Shown: piece after piece, positions 48,901-62,243 of the stretch
Position numbering within the stretch: position 1 is the stretch's first letter
Layout: each line of letters opens with the position of its first letter
Assembly: GCF_018977255.1 (NCBI RefSeq)
Contig: NW_024704743.1
Coordinates: 1,922,001 to 1,986,000 of the forward strand
DNA length: 64,000 nucleotides
Source of the DNA: Callorhinchus milii
Taxonomy: Eukaryota
Reading direction: 5' to 3'
The notes under the pieces: generated by a model
What the model saw: only the letters and a program-made list of their open reading frames with translations
Told to the model about the DNA's origin: nothing
Database searches by the model: none
Program-made: the position numbers and the translations under genes

Positions 48901-49708
48901 ACTATAGCAATATTACTGGGCTTTTGAGGAAGAAAGAAAACCTGAGGTCCCAATGTCAGTCTGTACAGGTACTAGCGGAAACCCTGCGGTGCTAACTAAA
49001 GCTATTACCGCTTTATTCTCTTTTGTACCTTTTCAACATGATGCAAAAAATGGCCAGTTTTACCTGGAGCGATTGTTGGCCAGCGAGAGAAACTCTCTTT
49101 TTAAATAGAGCCACAGGACCTTTAGTGTTAGTCTGAACATGCAGACAGGACCTCAGTTTTAATGTCTCATCCAAAGGACGGGACCTCTGACAATGACTGG
49201 TTGTGTGACAGTTAGCTGCCACATCTCGCCCACAAAAATACAGTCATTTCACTTCACAGTATATTCTGTGAAGCGCTTTGAGACGTCGCAACGACTTGGT
49301 AAGGTGCTATACCAAATGCAAGGATTATTACTATTATTATGATTATAATGATTATTAATGCAGCGCTCCTCTCAGCACTGCATTAGGAGTGTCATTTCAG
49401 ACTGAGAATCCACAGTCCCAAACGTGTAGCTTGAGCCTTCAACCTTGTCCTTCTCCTCACTAATCTCTAATAAGATTTCTTCCTTTCCCTTAAGAATCCC
49501 CGGATTGTAATCGTAGACTGGCAAATCCTCCAATTCATTGTAAAAGAAACTGTGTCTAATATTATATCAATATAGGATTTTACTGACTCTCACCTAGGGA
49601 TTACCTGCATTGTAATTACTACAATCCTAATAGTAATAAAGAAACAGGAAGGGAAAGCTCAGAGGTATTAGGTGTCAGTCTGGCTCAGTCGATAGCACTC
49701 TCACATCT

Positions 49709-50422
49709 GGAGTCCTGTAGCTCAGGGGTCAGAGCCCTCGCCTCGCGAGCGAGAGGACCCGGGTTTGATTCCCGGGCAGGTCAGGGCGAGACATTGGGCA
49801 AGTTTCCTCACTCCACACACACACACACACACACACACGCGCGCGCCTCTGTTTACCGGCAGTCAGTAGGAACCCAGTTGTTAGCCGATTGGCGGATCAC
49901 TTTGCAGGGGTAATAATCACTTCAAAAAAAATAATAACAATAATTTGGTCACTCAATCCATGACACTGATTTGTGCAATTTGCTGTCGTGTTTCGACCAC
50001 AAAATGTAACGTCAATTCACTAGTACATTCTGTGAAGCGCTTTGGGATGTCTTGAAGACGTGATAAGGCGCTGTATCAAATAATAATAACAATCCTTGCA
50101 TTTGATTTGAGACGTCTTAAAGCGCTTCACTGTATACCGTAAGATGAATTGACTATTTTGTGGGTGAAACGCAGCAGCCAATTGAGTACAGCAGCGTCCC
50201 ACAAACAGTCGTGGATTGCAGTGACCAATTTATTATTATTTTTTTGGGGGGGGAAGAATCATTACCCCCAGAAAAGCAATCCAACAATTGCCTAACAACC
50301 AGGTTCCTACTTACTGCTAGGTAAACAGAGGCGTGTGCAGTAAGGAAAAATTTTGCCCTGCCCGGGAACGAAACCCGAGTCCTCTCGCTTGCCGGGCCAG
50401 TGCTCTAACCACTGAGCTACAG
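49709..50422. mobile_element. Tail-to-tail pair of young DeuSINEs (49709-~50080 plus; ~50080-50422 minus)
   Basis: Two full copies in opposite orientation sharing an AT-rich junction. Confidence 0.85.
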
Positions 50423-51120
50423 TGGAAGGAGTATCATTATTCTAAATGGATGGGGTGAACAGGGAATTTACTGCTGTAGAGAAGCTGCGAATTGTGGGGC
50501 TGCACCATTAATTTGATCAATTATTCAGCACTTCATATTTTTGCTGAAATATTTCTGGCGGGATTTCAGCCCACGTCAAAAAATGCATACATTCCTGTGT
50601 ATCAGAGCACGTACACAGAGCCTAGTCCGTCTGCTCTTATTATTCCAATCAACCAAGCAATTATAATATTTCCTAAAAGGAGCTAATTAGTACTAGGCTG
50701 CTTTCGGGACGGTTCCCTTTGGGAACATCATTAAGAGGAGAAGTGATACCATATTGTCCACATTCATAATAATAATGATAATAAAAATAATTTATTTGGA
50801 AGGGATTATCACCCCTGGAAAAAGCAGTCCGCCAATCGACTAACAAGCGGGTTCCTACTTACTGCTGGTAAACAGAGGCGCGCGTGTGTGTGTGTGTGTG
50901 TGTGTGTGGATTAAGGAAACTTACCTGTTTCGACCTGCCCGGGAATCTAACCCAGGTCCTCTCGCTTGCCAGGCGAGCGCTCTAACCACTGAGCTACAGG
51001 ACAAGATGTAAAACGTATGGTATAAATGTAAGTTGCTGTGATGGCGGTTCGAGACGATAAAGGCTTTAAAATGTGATCTTTCGATGATAGGAATCCATTT
51101 TCTTTGGGTTGGTGAGACCA

Positions 51121-51331
51121 ACTGCATCTGTGCAGTGCCTCTCACATCGACACCAACACCAAACTGCATCTGTGCAGTGCCTCTCACATCAACACCAACA
51201 CCAAACTGCATCTGTGCAGTGCCTCTCACATCGACACCAACACCAACTGCATCTGTGCAGTGCCTCTCACATCAACACCAACACCAAACTGCATCTGTGC
51301 AGTGCCTCTCACATCAACACCAACACCAAAC
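51121..51331. repeat. 42-bp tandem repeat, 5 copies
   Basis: Unit ACTGCATCTGTGCAGTGCCTCTCACATCRACACCAACACCAA starting at 51121, 51163, 51205, 51246 and 51288. Confidence 0.95.
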
Positions 51332-52339
51332 TGGTACATCAGGAGGACATCCCAAAGCCCTGAGCCAAATGGTGCAAATTCCACCGATTTTCACAGCGAG
51401 CAATCCGAGCTCGGCTCTTAGCGGTTCTCCTGTGAGACCGACAAACACGTGAATAACCCAAAAGGAATGATGGCATAAAACAGCTTCCACCCCCTCCGCC
51501 CCCCCCCCCACCCCCAGAGTGTAAACGCCCGAGGCTTCTTCAAATAGATTCATTATTTAAAGCTCATAATGGGGCGCCTAATCTGCCCCTGAGAGAAGCT
51601 AATGAGTCATTTTGTAGCTTGTGTTTTAAATAAAACACTGGGCATTCCTACGAGGGATTTTACTATGACTGCATCTCCCTCCTCGCTGTACCTCATTCGA
51701 GCTAAGAGTAAAACGAAGGTGGTATGAAGTAACTTAGCTCAGTCAAACACCCAGAGGAATCGTCCTTTCGCTATAGCGTCAGATAAATTTAATTACACAC
51801 CTAATAAGTCAACTGACTACAGCAGATAATAACGTCAAGGATTGCCTTTTGCCTTTGCCACCTCTCGGTGAATTCTCTCCTTCATCAAACAGGGTTACAA
51901 AGCAGCTAAGTTGTGAAGCTCTCCTGTGTTTGCACAGAACGCTGAGAGCAAATGGTCTCTGTTGCCTCAATCTAAAGCTGGTCACACAATTCATGATCCA
52001 TCATAATAATAATAATAATGATGATGATGTTGATGAGCCAAGGGAACAAAGCCATACAGTTTAAACATATTGAAAGGATATATTTGCACACATTGCTAAA
52101 TAAAAAGGAATCTAAATGAATAATACCAGCAATGAAGAGTGAAGTGATATGCAAACCTGTGAAAATCAATAAGCAATTTAGTGGCTCATTCCTCCCCGTA
52201 TCAGTCTGAAGATTCCCCTATCAGAAAAGTACTAACTCAATTAGCGGTTTTAATATAGAATCGAGCGCCTGTTCATCCTCTGTGAAGCCTTTGAGATGAG
52301 ATGCTCTCCCAATGTTAAAAGCACGACAGAAGAGTGAAT

Positions 52340-52717
52340 TAATAATAATAATCCTTGCATTTGATATAGCGCCTTATTACATCCTCGAGACATCTCAAAG
52401 TACTTCACTGGATATACCATAAAGTGAATTAACTGAATATTTGGTGAGCAAAACTGCGCACAGCAAAGTGCCACAAACAGTCGTGGATTGAGTGACCAAA
52501 TTATTTTTAAAATTTATTTTTGAAGGAATTATTATCCTCTGGAAAACCGATCCGCCAATCGACTAACAACCGGGTTCCTACTGACTGCCGGCAAACAGAG
52601 GAGTGTGTGTGGAGCGAGGAAACTTGCCCAATGTCTCGCCCTGACCTGCCCGGGAATCGAACCCGGGTCCTCTCGCTCGCGAGGCGAGGGCTCTAACCCC
52701 TGAGATACAGGAACTCC
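52340..52717 (-). mobile_element. Young DeuSINE, full length
   Basis: Head, body and tail. Confidence 0.87.
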
Positions 52718-53699
52718 TCAATCTACTCATTCCTTCCCCACCCCCACCTCTTCCCTCAGCTCCCACCCTCGGCTCGGGTGAAGATCTTTGAGACGTCCTT
52801 ATGACCCGATAAGCGCTGCGTGAACGTAAATTGTATTCTAAATGCTTGTGATGAGGCACCATGTCGAATTCAAGAAATATTATAAATTAGACCCCATTGT
52901 GTTCGTGCTGTAAGATTGGATGTTACGCTGGATGGTAGTGATTGTATTTTAGTATCCGGGTCACTGCAAATCAAAGTCCTTTATTAAAAAAAGCAGAGAC
53001 GGATTGAAGCAATAGCCCTACATCGTGTTGTTTCTATTCCCAACTCAGTGAATATCATCGGGGGAACAGAACAACATTTTAATGTGCTCAATACCCTCCA
53101 GCAGCAAAAACACCTCCTGGCTCCAATCTTACCCCCCAGGTCCTCTCGTTTGTGAGACCGACAAGCGGGGAGTTAGCATAATCGAGCCTGGATGCGATGA
53201 GGGTCTCGGGGGCCTGAGAGGTGAGGCAGTGGCAATGTGTGCGGGGATGGGGGAAGCAGAGCGGGTCATGGCACGGACGAAGGTGGCTGGATACTCACTG
53301 AAGGGCACGAACGGTTTGAAATGGAAACGTTGACTGAAATTGTTTCCCCACGAGCACCTTTGAGTTATGGCGTTAATTACTTTACCTGTCAAGCACTTTG
53401 AGATGCTCTCTCGCCTCGAAATGCAAGGATTGCAGTTGTTGCTGTTATTTATTGGTGGTTATGTGCAGAGAACTCAAATCACATTTCATAACACGGAATT
53501 CAATTTGCTCTCGAACAATATTGTACAATGACGATCACCCACTCTCTCAGGGTTTCTCTTGGACATCTTCTGTCCTCTATGAAAGGCGCTGTAATAGGGC
53601 AAATTATTATCCTTGTCATTGCTGATACTCTCTTGCTATTGCTGCCATTTTTTGTTATCTCTGCCTCGCTGTGTGATCATCGACACTCTCTGCTAACTC

Positions 53700-54030
53700 T
53701 CGATGTTATTCCCCATCCTCGCCCCGGGCCCACTGGCTCCGTCAGAGGATATAGAGTTCAAAATCCTGGTCCTTGTCTTCAAAGCCCTCCAAGGCCTTGC
53801 TCCTTCCTACCTCTGTGAGCTGCTAATTCCACACAGACCTGCCCGCTCCCTCCGTTCAGCGAGCTCCGGCCTGCTCCACCATCGGCGATCTGGCCTTCAG
53901 CCTCTCTGCCCCCACTCACCCTCTAAAACTCCATCTCGCGGTTCCTCCGCCTCACCCCCTCCCTCGCCTCCTTCAAAGCCTGTCTCAAGACCCTCCTCTT
54001 CGACCGTGTGTTCGGTCACCCTCCTACAAC
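53700..54030 (+). mobile_element. LINE2 ORF2 C-terminal fragment
   Basis: IEFKILVLVFKALQGLAPSYLCELLIPHRPARSLRSASSGLL (ORF 53703..54089), a hallmark of the L2 C-terminus. Confidence 0.85.
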
Positions 54031-54479
54031 CAACCCCCCCCCCCACCACCACCCTCCCTGACCTACACCCCTCCATCGGGAGGATGTGAAACCCTTAATG
54101 ATCTGACCTATATGTTCCTCTGTCTTTTCATCCATTTACCATAACCAGGAGTGTGAGCCCAGGAGAGACACGGGGTGGGGGGGGGGGGGGGGGAACAAAG
54201 GAAACAATAGCTTGTCTGAACAAGCAGACATGCTTCTGCATAAAGCAAGGAGCCTCCAAATAAAATTGTTCATTCACTTCAGGACTGTTTATGCGACATT
54301 GCTGTGCGCAAATTGGCTATTCTGTTCATCCACAAAATGCACAGTCGTTGCGCTTTACAGTAAATTGACCGAATTGGAGTCCTGTAGTGTATTGGTTAGA
54401 GATATCGCCTCGCAAGCGAGAGGACCCGGGTTCGATCCCCGGGCAGGTCAGGGTGAAACTTTGGGCAAGTTTCTTACTC

Positions 54480-54512
<33 letters not shown>

Positions 54513-57500
54513 CTCTGTTTACCGGCAGTCAGTAGGAACCTGGTTGTTAGTCGATTGGTGGATCGCTTTTCCAGGGGTAATAATCCCTTAAAAAAATTAA
54601 TAATTTGTTCTCTCAATCCACGACTGTTTGTGGGGACGCTGCTGTGCGCAATTAGCTGCCGCGTTTTACCCAAAAATGTACAATCAGTTCACTTTACAGC
54701 ATATTCTGCTGGAGTCTAACCTGCTAAAACTTCATCGCTTACCATTGAGAGCTCTGTCTGGCCAAGCTTTCCTGCTGCTTGTCCAGCTAGGACCACCCTC
54801 CCGGTTAGGGTTTGGGCTTGCAGGGTTAACAGGACCTGAGTGGGAGGATTCTGGCTCGATTCTGACATTCCGTTGCAAAGTGTCTGAATTATTGAATACC
54901 TTTCCAGCAAAGCCTGGACATTTATTGAGCAATTTGTTCGGTTCCAGTGGTGGAAATTTATAGCGTAAGTACACTTGATAATGAATGGCCTTAATTACAA
55001 TTCCAGTTGTAGCTGCGGAACCTGTGAATGCAAATCCCCAACTCCGCAGATAGATTTCATGGCCCTCTTATAAAAGGCACCAGGGAATAACACATAAAAT
55101 ATGCATCAGCGAAGCTATCTTCTGGCTTGATACAAATGATCAATGAACCCTATTCACTTCATCTCCATCCAATTATTGGGCCAGTGGACCTGCGTATTTT
55201 ATTTCCCATTCATTCAATCTTTGAACAGTTTCATCAATAATATAAAAAAAACCTTAGTCCCTGTAGCTCAGTGGTTAGAGCACTCGCCTCGCAAACGAGT
55301 GGACCTGGGTTCAATTCTCAGACAGGGCCAGACCTTGGGCAAGTTTACTTACTTCACACACACACACACCTCTGTTTACCAGCAGTCAGGAGGAAGTCAA
55401 TTAATTGTTAGAGAGATAGGGGGGTGGGGGGGTGGTGGGTGGGGGTGTGTGGTGGGCTGGCCAACAGTCGTTATCGATTGGCAGATCGCTTGTCCAGGGG
55501 GGGGAAATGATTCTTTGTGTCCCAAGTACCGTCAAAACATGTTTCGAGCAGATTAATGTTCTTCATCTTACCGAAGCCTATTTGGCAGAAGTCCAGTTCA
55601 CCGGCGTTCACTCTTGCTGTCTGAGGGCACTAAAAACAGCTTAGGCAGCGATGAATCATCTTCCCAATGGGGTGATTATGTTGAAGTGTTGTTTTGGGGG
55701 GATTGTGACCATGTGCTGTAAGACTACAGTAAGACTGGAAACTTAGGATCTTTCACACAAACAACAAACCGAATGAGCCGATTATTACGGTTATTAATAA
55801 AATTGACCATTCACCTCATGGCTGTTTGTGGGCCATTGCTGTGAGCAAATTGGCTGCCTACAAAATCCAGTCACTATACTTTAGGTAGTTCCTGTGAAGC
55901 ACTTTCTCTGACATGAAAGTTGCTATATCAATTGAAAGGATTATTATTTGGTCTATTGTGGCTGTGCTGACACACCGAAAGAGCTATCTGATTAGTCTCA
56001 CACCCCCAGCCCTTATAATAATAAAAATAATATTACATTTGTTACAGCGCCTTTCATATCAGGAGGACGTCTCAAAGGGCTTCACAGGATATACTGTGAA
56101 GTTCAGCGACTGTGTGCTTTGTGAGTGAATCCAGCAGTTGTTTTGTGCACAATAACGTCTGGCAAACAACAACAAGAACTTGGGTTTATATAGCGTCCTA
56201 AGGTAGGATCTTGGAGAACTCAAACAGCCATGAAGTGAATGACCAATTTCCCCCCTTTGCACACCCACACTTTAATACTTTTTCTCTTTCACGTGTTTAG
56301 ATAAACTGGACAGGTTCACACCGGAGAAGAGAAGGCTGAGGGTGATGTGATGACGGTCTTTAAGATTCTGGAGGGACTCGATCATGTCGTGGGACCTCGG
56401 TTTAACGTCTCATCCAAAGGACGGCAGCTTTGCCAATGACGTCTTTGGCTGGATAAACTTATTTCCCCATTATGTTACGCCCAGACCATTGCTCTGTTAC
56501 AAGTCCCTTCTGCTTGAAAAATCATTCCCCAATTAAATGTGCAAATTCGAATTCCTCCGGTCACACTCTGTTCCTTCCCTTACAAATCGTCATCTATCCC
56601 GTGTCCCTGGACACCCCTGATTTACTGAAACGGATTCACTGGTGTTAGAAATTGAAACGCCAGCAGTTTGGGCTTGTTATTATGTAGGAGCAATATTCCT
56701 CAATTGCCGATCGTGTCTGCGGTTGCCTGGTTACTAAGCATGTTGTTGTTTTCAAAGACTTTCCACGCATCGCTCCTTGCGTGCGCGTTTCTGCAGTTTT
56801 AATAGTGCCGCCTGCCTCCGCGCAACCCATCAAACAGCGGAAGGACACACCGATGGAGGAAATGAGAATCACATCAACACAATTCCTTGTAATTTTCCAG
56901 CCGCTGGAGCAAGATAATGTAATCACAAACTGGGAATTAATTGAGGTATCATCCTGGCTCAGTTTGTAGCACTCTCACCTCTGAGACGCAAGGAGAATAA
57001 TAATAATAATAATAATGATAATCCTTGCATTTGACATGGACCTGACCATGTTCTTCGAGGCGTCTCAAAGCGCCTCACAGAACGTACTGCAAAGTGAATT
57101 CACAGCCAATTGCGCACAGCAGTGTCCCCACACACAGTCGTGGATTAAGTGATCAAATTGTGTTTATTTATTTTGAAGGGATTATCACCCCCTGGAAAAG
57201 CGAACCACCAATCGTCTAACAACCAGGTTCCTACTTACTGCCGGTAAACAGAGGCGTGTGTGTGTGTGTGGAGTAAGGAAACTTGCCCCACGTTTCGCCC
57301 TGACCCGCCCCAGGAATCGAACCCCTGGTCTTCTCGCTTGCGAGGGGAGGGCTCTAAACCCCAAGACTTTAAACCACAGAGTACTGTAACCTACCTGCTA
57401 TTTGCTAAACATCATGGCTGACTTTAAATAGTTAACCTAATGATTGTAAATTCAATGCAAATGTATATTTTAATGTGCAATTGTTGGCTGCAGACCCTTT

Positions 57501-59885
57501 TTTTTTAGAAAGAAATATCCTTCAGTCTCTCAAAGCAATTGGCAATTTGCAAGTCTGGCTTTCAGCCGGGAAAGAATTGGTGATGCAAAGTTCGGTTGTA
57601 CAAGAAACAGCAACAAGAAATTTATATTTATACAGAGCCTCATTGACTCACCTTCCTTTCTCTGTAGACGCTGCCTGACCTGCTGAGTGTTCCCAGCGAC
57701 TTCTGGGTTTGTTTTCAGATTTCCAGCATCTGCAGTGTTTTGCGTTGCCTTTCATATCAGGAGTAACCCCTTATGTTTTTCTTTATAAACGCTCCGCACA
57801 CTTTGAGGAAGTAAATTAAAGCCAGGTGCGTTGTCTGCTCCTATAACATGCTTAATAATAATAATAATAATAACAATAACAAATGTATTAATACATTTAT
57901 TGATAAATAGTAAAATACTTAGACAATACTTGGAATTCTGGGTGGGCGTCTGTTGCGTCCTTCATTTCAACCTCAATAATGGTAAATTTACCTACAACAA
58001 CAACAACAAGAACTTGCTACCTCGGCATCCTATTAAAACTTCACCAACCTGTCGACACCCTCTGCTCCCCAGGCACTGGCCTCCTCCATGTCCCCTGTCC
58101 TGCCCACTCCACTATTGACCATCTGGCCTTCAGCCTCTCTACTCCCACCCTCTGCGACTCCATCTCAGAGCTCCCTCTGCCTCGTCCCCCCACCTCTCTT
58201 GCTTCCCTCCTTCAAGACCATCTCAAGACCCTCCTTTACAACCGTGCCTTCGGTCATCTCCCCTCCTCCACCCCACTCCCTGCTTTGCCCTCCATCCCTT
58301 TCTGATCCCAACCCTCAGCGCAGTTGCAGACCCCTCATTGTCCAGCACCTTGTGGGATGCCTTCCCAATGTGAAAGGGGCCGTAAAAATGGGGTAGTTTG
58401 TTGTTGTTTTTGTTGCATTTATTCAGCGCCCGTCACATGGGGTAGAGTCTCGAAGCACTTAGCCGTGTAAAGCACCTTTCATGTCATCAAAAGCCCTTCA
58501 CAGAATATACTGTAAAATGTAGTGACTGTACATTTTGTGGGTGAAACGCGGCAGCTAATTGACCTCAACGTAAAAATTTTGAATCGAAGCCTCCAGCTAC
58601 AACACAATACAAAACAACAGCAGATTTGTAAAGCGCCTTTCGCGTCGGGAGGACGTCCCCAGGCCCTGGGACTAATGCAGAACAAAGAAATAGCTTCAGA
58701 AATCTTATGGTTCAGTTGGTGCTATTACCTGTGTGGGTTCAAACCCGTCGTGAGGAATTTGAGCTCACAATCTAGGCTGACACTGACACTATACTGCATT
58801 CTTGGAAGTCCTGTCCTTCAGGTGAGATTTCAAACCGAGGTCCAGGCAGCCAGTGCACATCCCATGGCACCTTTCGGAGTAAGAAGCCATTTCTTTCAGT
58901 CCAATCGGATCTTTAACGTCCACCTGAATGGACAGACAGGGACCTGCATTTAATGTCTCATTCAAAGAATACAAACGAGGTTTCTAACTGCGCATTTTAG
59001 TTTCCACTTTTAAACTTTTAATTAATTCCTCACAGAATAAGGTCAACTATAACATCCAGATTACAGAATGTACCATTCCCCATAACTGGCCTATAAGGAT
59101 CATTAATTCCGTAACAACTTCAAGTCTGAATGAAATGTTTCACAGGCTTATAGATCAAAAAGTAATTACACCACTAAAGGGAATAAGGAAAGTATGCTTC
59201 AACAAAGATCTGACTGGCTGACAGCAGGCAAGGAGTAGTAGTTTTAAATTACACTGCCTGCGTTCAAATTATAGGCTGCACACTCTTTATTTAAATATAT
59301 AATAATAATAATCATTCCATTTGACACAGTGCCTTATCACGTCTTCGAGACATCTCAAAGCGCTTCACAGGACACACTATAAAGTGAATTCACTGTGTAT
59401 TTTGTGGGCGAAACGCGGCAGCCGATTGCGCACAGTTATTATTTGTGTCGCTACACACGTCACTTGTGAAGCGCCTTGAGACGTCTCTATGACGTGATAA
59501 GCCGCTGTCTCAAAGGCCAAATAGAGGAGCCAAGCTTCCTGAGGGAGTGAGGTGACAACACGGCAATTTACAGGGTAAGATCTGCGGAAGGAGAAATAAT
59601 ATACTTAAAGCTACTGTCAAGAGCATTACATGTCAGCAAGGTGGGCTGTACCCAGCAGCTGCCAGCATAGAAATATCTTTATTATCATGAGCTGCGAGTC
59701 TATTTTTTTGTGTGCCAAAGATCAGAGCGTACATGCATTAATGAGACAACACTTCGTCAGGACTGGAGAGTGGGATTAATAAACCGTACCACTTTTAAAA
59801 GAGTCAGCGGTAGCAAGACTAGGCTGAATACTTGTTCCATGTGATACGTTCAAAGTAAATAATTAGTTCATTCAGCGCTCTACGT

Positions 59886-60212
59886 GGAATCCTGTAGCTC
59901 AGTGGTTAGAGCCCTCGCCTCGCAAGCGAGAGGACCCGGGTTTGATTCCCGGGCAGGTCAGGGCGAAACATTGGGCAAGTTTCCTCACTCCACACACACA
60001 CACCTCTGTTTACCAGCAGTCAGTAGGCACCCGGTTGTCAGTCGATTGACGGATCACTTCCCCTCAAAGAAAAATAATTATGGTTTGGTCACTCAACCCG
60101 CGGCTGTTTGTGGGGACGCTGCTGTGCGCAATCGGCTGCCGCGTTTCGCCCACAAAATATACAGTCAATTCACTTTACAGTGTATCCTGTGAAGCGCTTT
60201 GAGAAGTCTCGA
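59886..60212 (+). mobile_element. Young DeuSINE, 3'-truncated
   Basis: Intact A and B boxes and Deu domain. Confidence 0.87.
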
Positions 60213-60969
60213 AAAAGGCTTGTTTTCCGCAGTATCCTTGCTCTGCAGAGACTGCAATTGTCCTGTGAGCCTGACCCATCTTGTTAAAGATCAGCTGGAC
60301 ATTCAGAACAATGTCCCTCTCTGATGTACCATTAACCCTCGGGAGAACCTCTTTCCTTGTCTGCAATCTTTATCGGCCTGACCTGATCTTTCCTATTCTA
60401 AATGATGCCTTTATCAACTAATAGAGAATAGTATGCAGCTGGAGTCAAGTAATGAGAAATGGGATTGATAGGGAAATGTCTTTCAAACCACAATCACAGT
60501 AACTGGATAGCAGGGGACGTGACTCACTTAACTCTCAGTGCCAGAATGTGTGGTTCTGTTAGGGAGAAACCTTAGAGAATCCAAAAGTCATTTTGAGAGA
60601 CATCACAAGTTCACAAGACAAGATTGGGTTTGGATTCCACGTTATTTCCCTCCACCCCTCCCCCCCCCCCCCCCCAACACAGCATCAAGTTACTTTTTTA
60701 AATGGGCCCTAGTTTCCTGGCCTCACCCGCGTTCCCAAGCAACTTATTACAGCCCTTCATTAGCCTCTGAGTGAAGAAAAATGTCCTGAAATTGCCGTTT
60801 GTGATTCTAAACCAATGTCCCCTTGTTCTACTGTCTTGTTACAATGCTAAAGTGTACTCAACGATGACGCATTGCCTTTATGTTGTGCCTTCCACATCGA
60901 GAGGACAGCCCAAGGCGCTGATATTCATTTTCAGTTGTTGAGGTCAGGACACTGGACTCATTTACAAAA

Positions 60970-61065
60970 GAGAAGCGGCTGGGAACACGCAGCAGGTCAG
61001 GCAGCATCTATAGAGAGAGAAAAATGAATTAACGTTTCAGGTCAATGACCTTTCGACAGAATCTT
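60970..61065 (-). mobile_element. Penelope-like terminal-repeat relic with a degenerate minimal hammerhead motif
   Basis: Minus strand GATT CTGTCGA A AGGTC ATT GACCT GAAA CGTT AATT ... ATGCTGCCTGACCTGCTG. Confidence 0.65.
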
Positions 61066-61659
61066 TCATTCCATTAAAAAACACCTTGATGTTGTGATGA
61101 TAGGTTGGTAAGGTGTGATTTATGGAAGGATGAGATCTAATGGGCCAAAGGCCTTCTTCACCTGAACCTCTGTTAATCAGAGGCCAACAATAATTTACAA
61201 TAATAATATTAATCATAATAATCCTTGCATTTGATATAGCGCTTTTCATGTCAGGAGGAACATCTCAAAACACTTCACAGGATTTGCTGTAAAGAGCAGT
61301 GAGTGTATTGTGTTGTGATTTGATAGCCATCTCTGATGTGAAATGGTTTACTATATTCCACAGATTCAAGCAGATGAAATTTCCAGCCATTGGAACGTTT
61401 GAGGTTGTGAACACAAGTCTGCGGTTTTGAAAATTAAGTTGGGGGAAGTTTTAAAAAAAAGGATTATCATCTTATTTAGGTCTAGCAGAAGCACAATACA
61501 CATTCTGACAACAGGAACTTCCGCAGCGGAGCTGGTCAGGGCAATAGGACAGTCATTCCAATATACGTCTCGTCAAGAAAACCATTAAGGAATGTCAGAA
61601 ATCAGACTTGATTAAGACACAACCAATGGTCAAGCAATTTGATACAAAGTAAGAGACTT

Positions 61660-61897
61660 TAATAATAATAATAATAATCCTCGCATTTGATATAGCGCTT
61701 TTCACGTCAGGAGGACGTCCCAAAGCGCTTCACAGAACACACTGTAAAGTGAATTGACTGTATATTTGTGGGCGAACGCGGCAGCCAATTGCACACAGCA
61801 ATGTCCCACAAACAGTCGTAGATTGAATATGACCAATTTATTATTGTTTTTGTTTTTGGAGGGATTATTATTAGGCTCTGTGTGGAGTAAGGAAACT
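61660..61897 (-). mobile_element. DeuSINE internal-deletion subfamily copy
   Basis: Same deletion junction and diagnostic GGTCAT.TTCAATC and GACGTGAAAAG as the copy at 36085-36405. Confidence 0.8.
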
Positions 61898-62209
61898 TTG
61901 TTCAACTTCGTTCGAGATTTACTCTTGGGAAATTGCCAAGTCTACGAGAGGTAATTGAGGAATGGATGATAATAATGATAATAATCCTTGCATTTCGAGA
62001 CGTCGCAAAGCGCCTCACTCACACAATATGCTGTAAAGTGAATTGACTGTATGTTTTGTGGGCAAAACGCGGCAGCCAACTGCGCACACAGTGGATTAAG
62101 TGACCAAATTATTATTATTGGTATTATTTTTTTGAAGGGATGATTACCCCTAGAAATACAATCCGTCAATCGACTAACAACCGGGTTCCTACTGACTGCT
62201 GGTAAACAG

Positions 62210-62243
<34 letters not shown>

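Noticed and set aside
51121..51331. Possible CRISPR array
   Set aside because: Contiguous tandem units with no unique spacers, no cas genes, and a vertebrate context.
54795..54830. AACCCTAAC in family B resembling a telomerase RNA template
   Set aside because: Incomplete template, variable between copies, and no recognisable pseudoknot or H/ACA domain.
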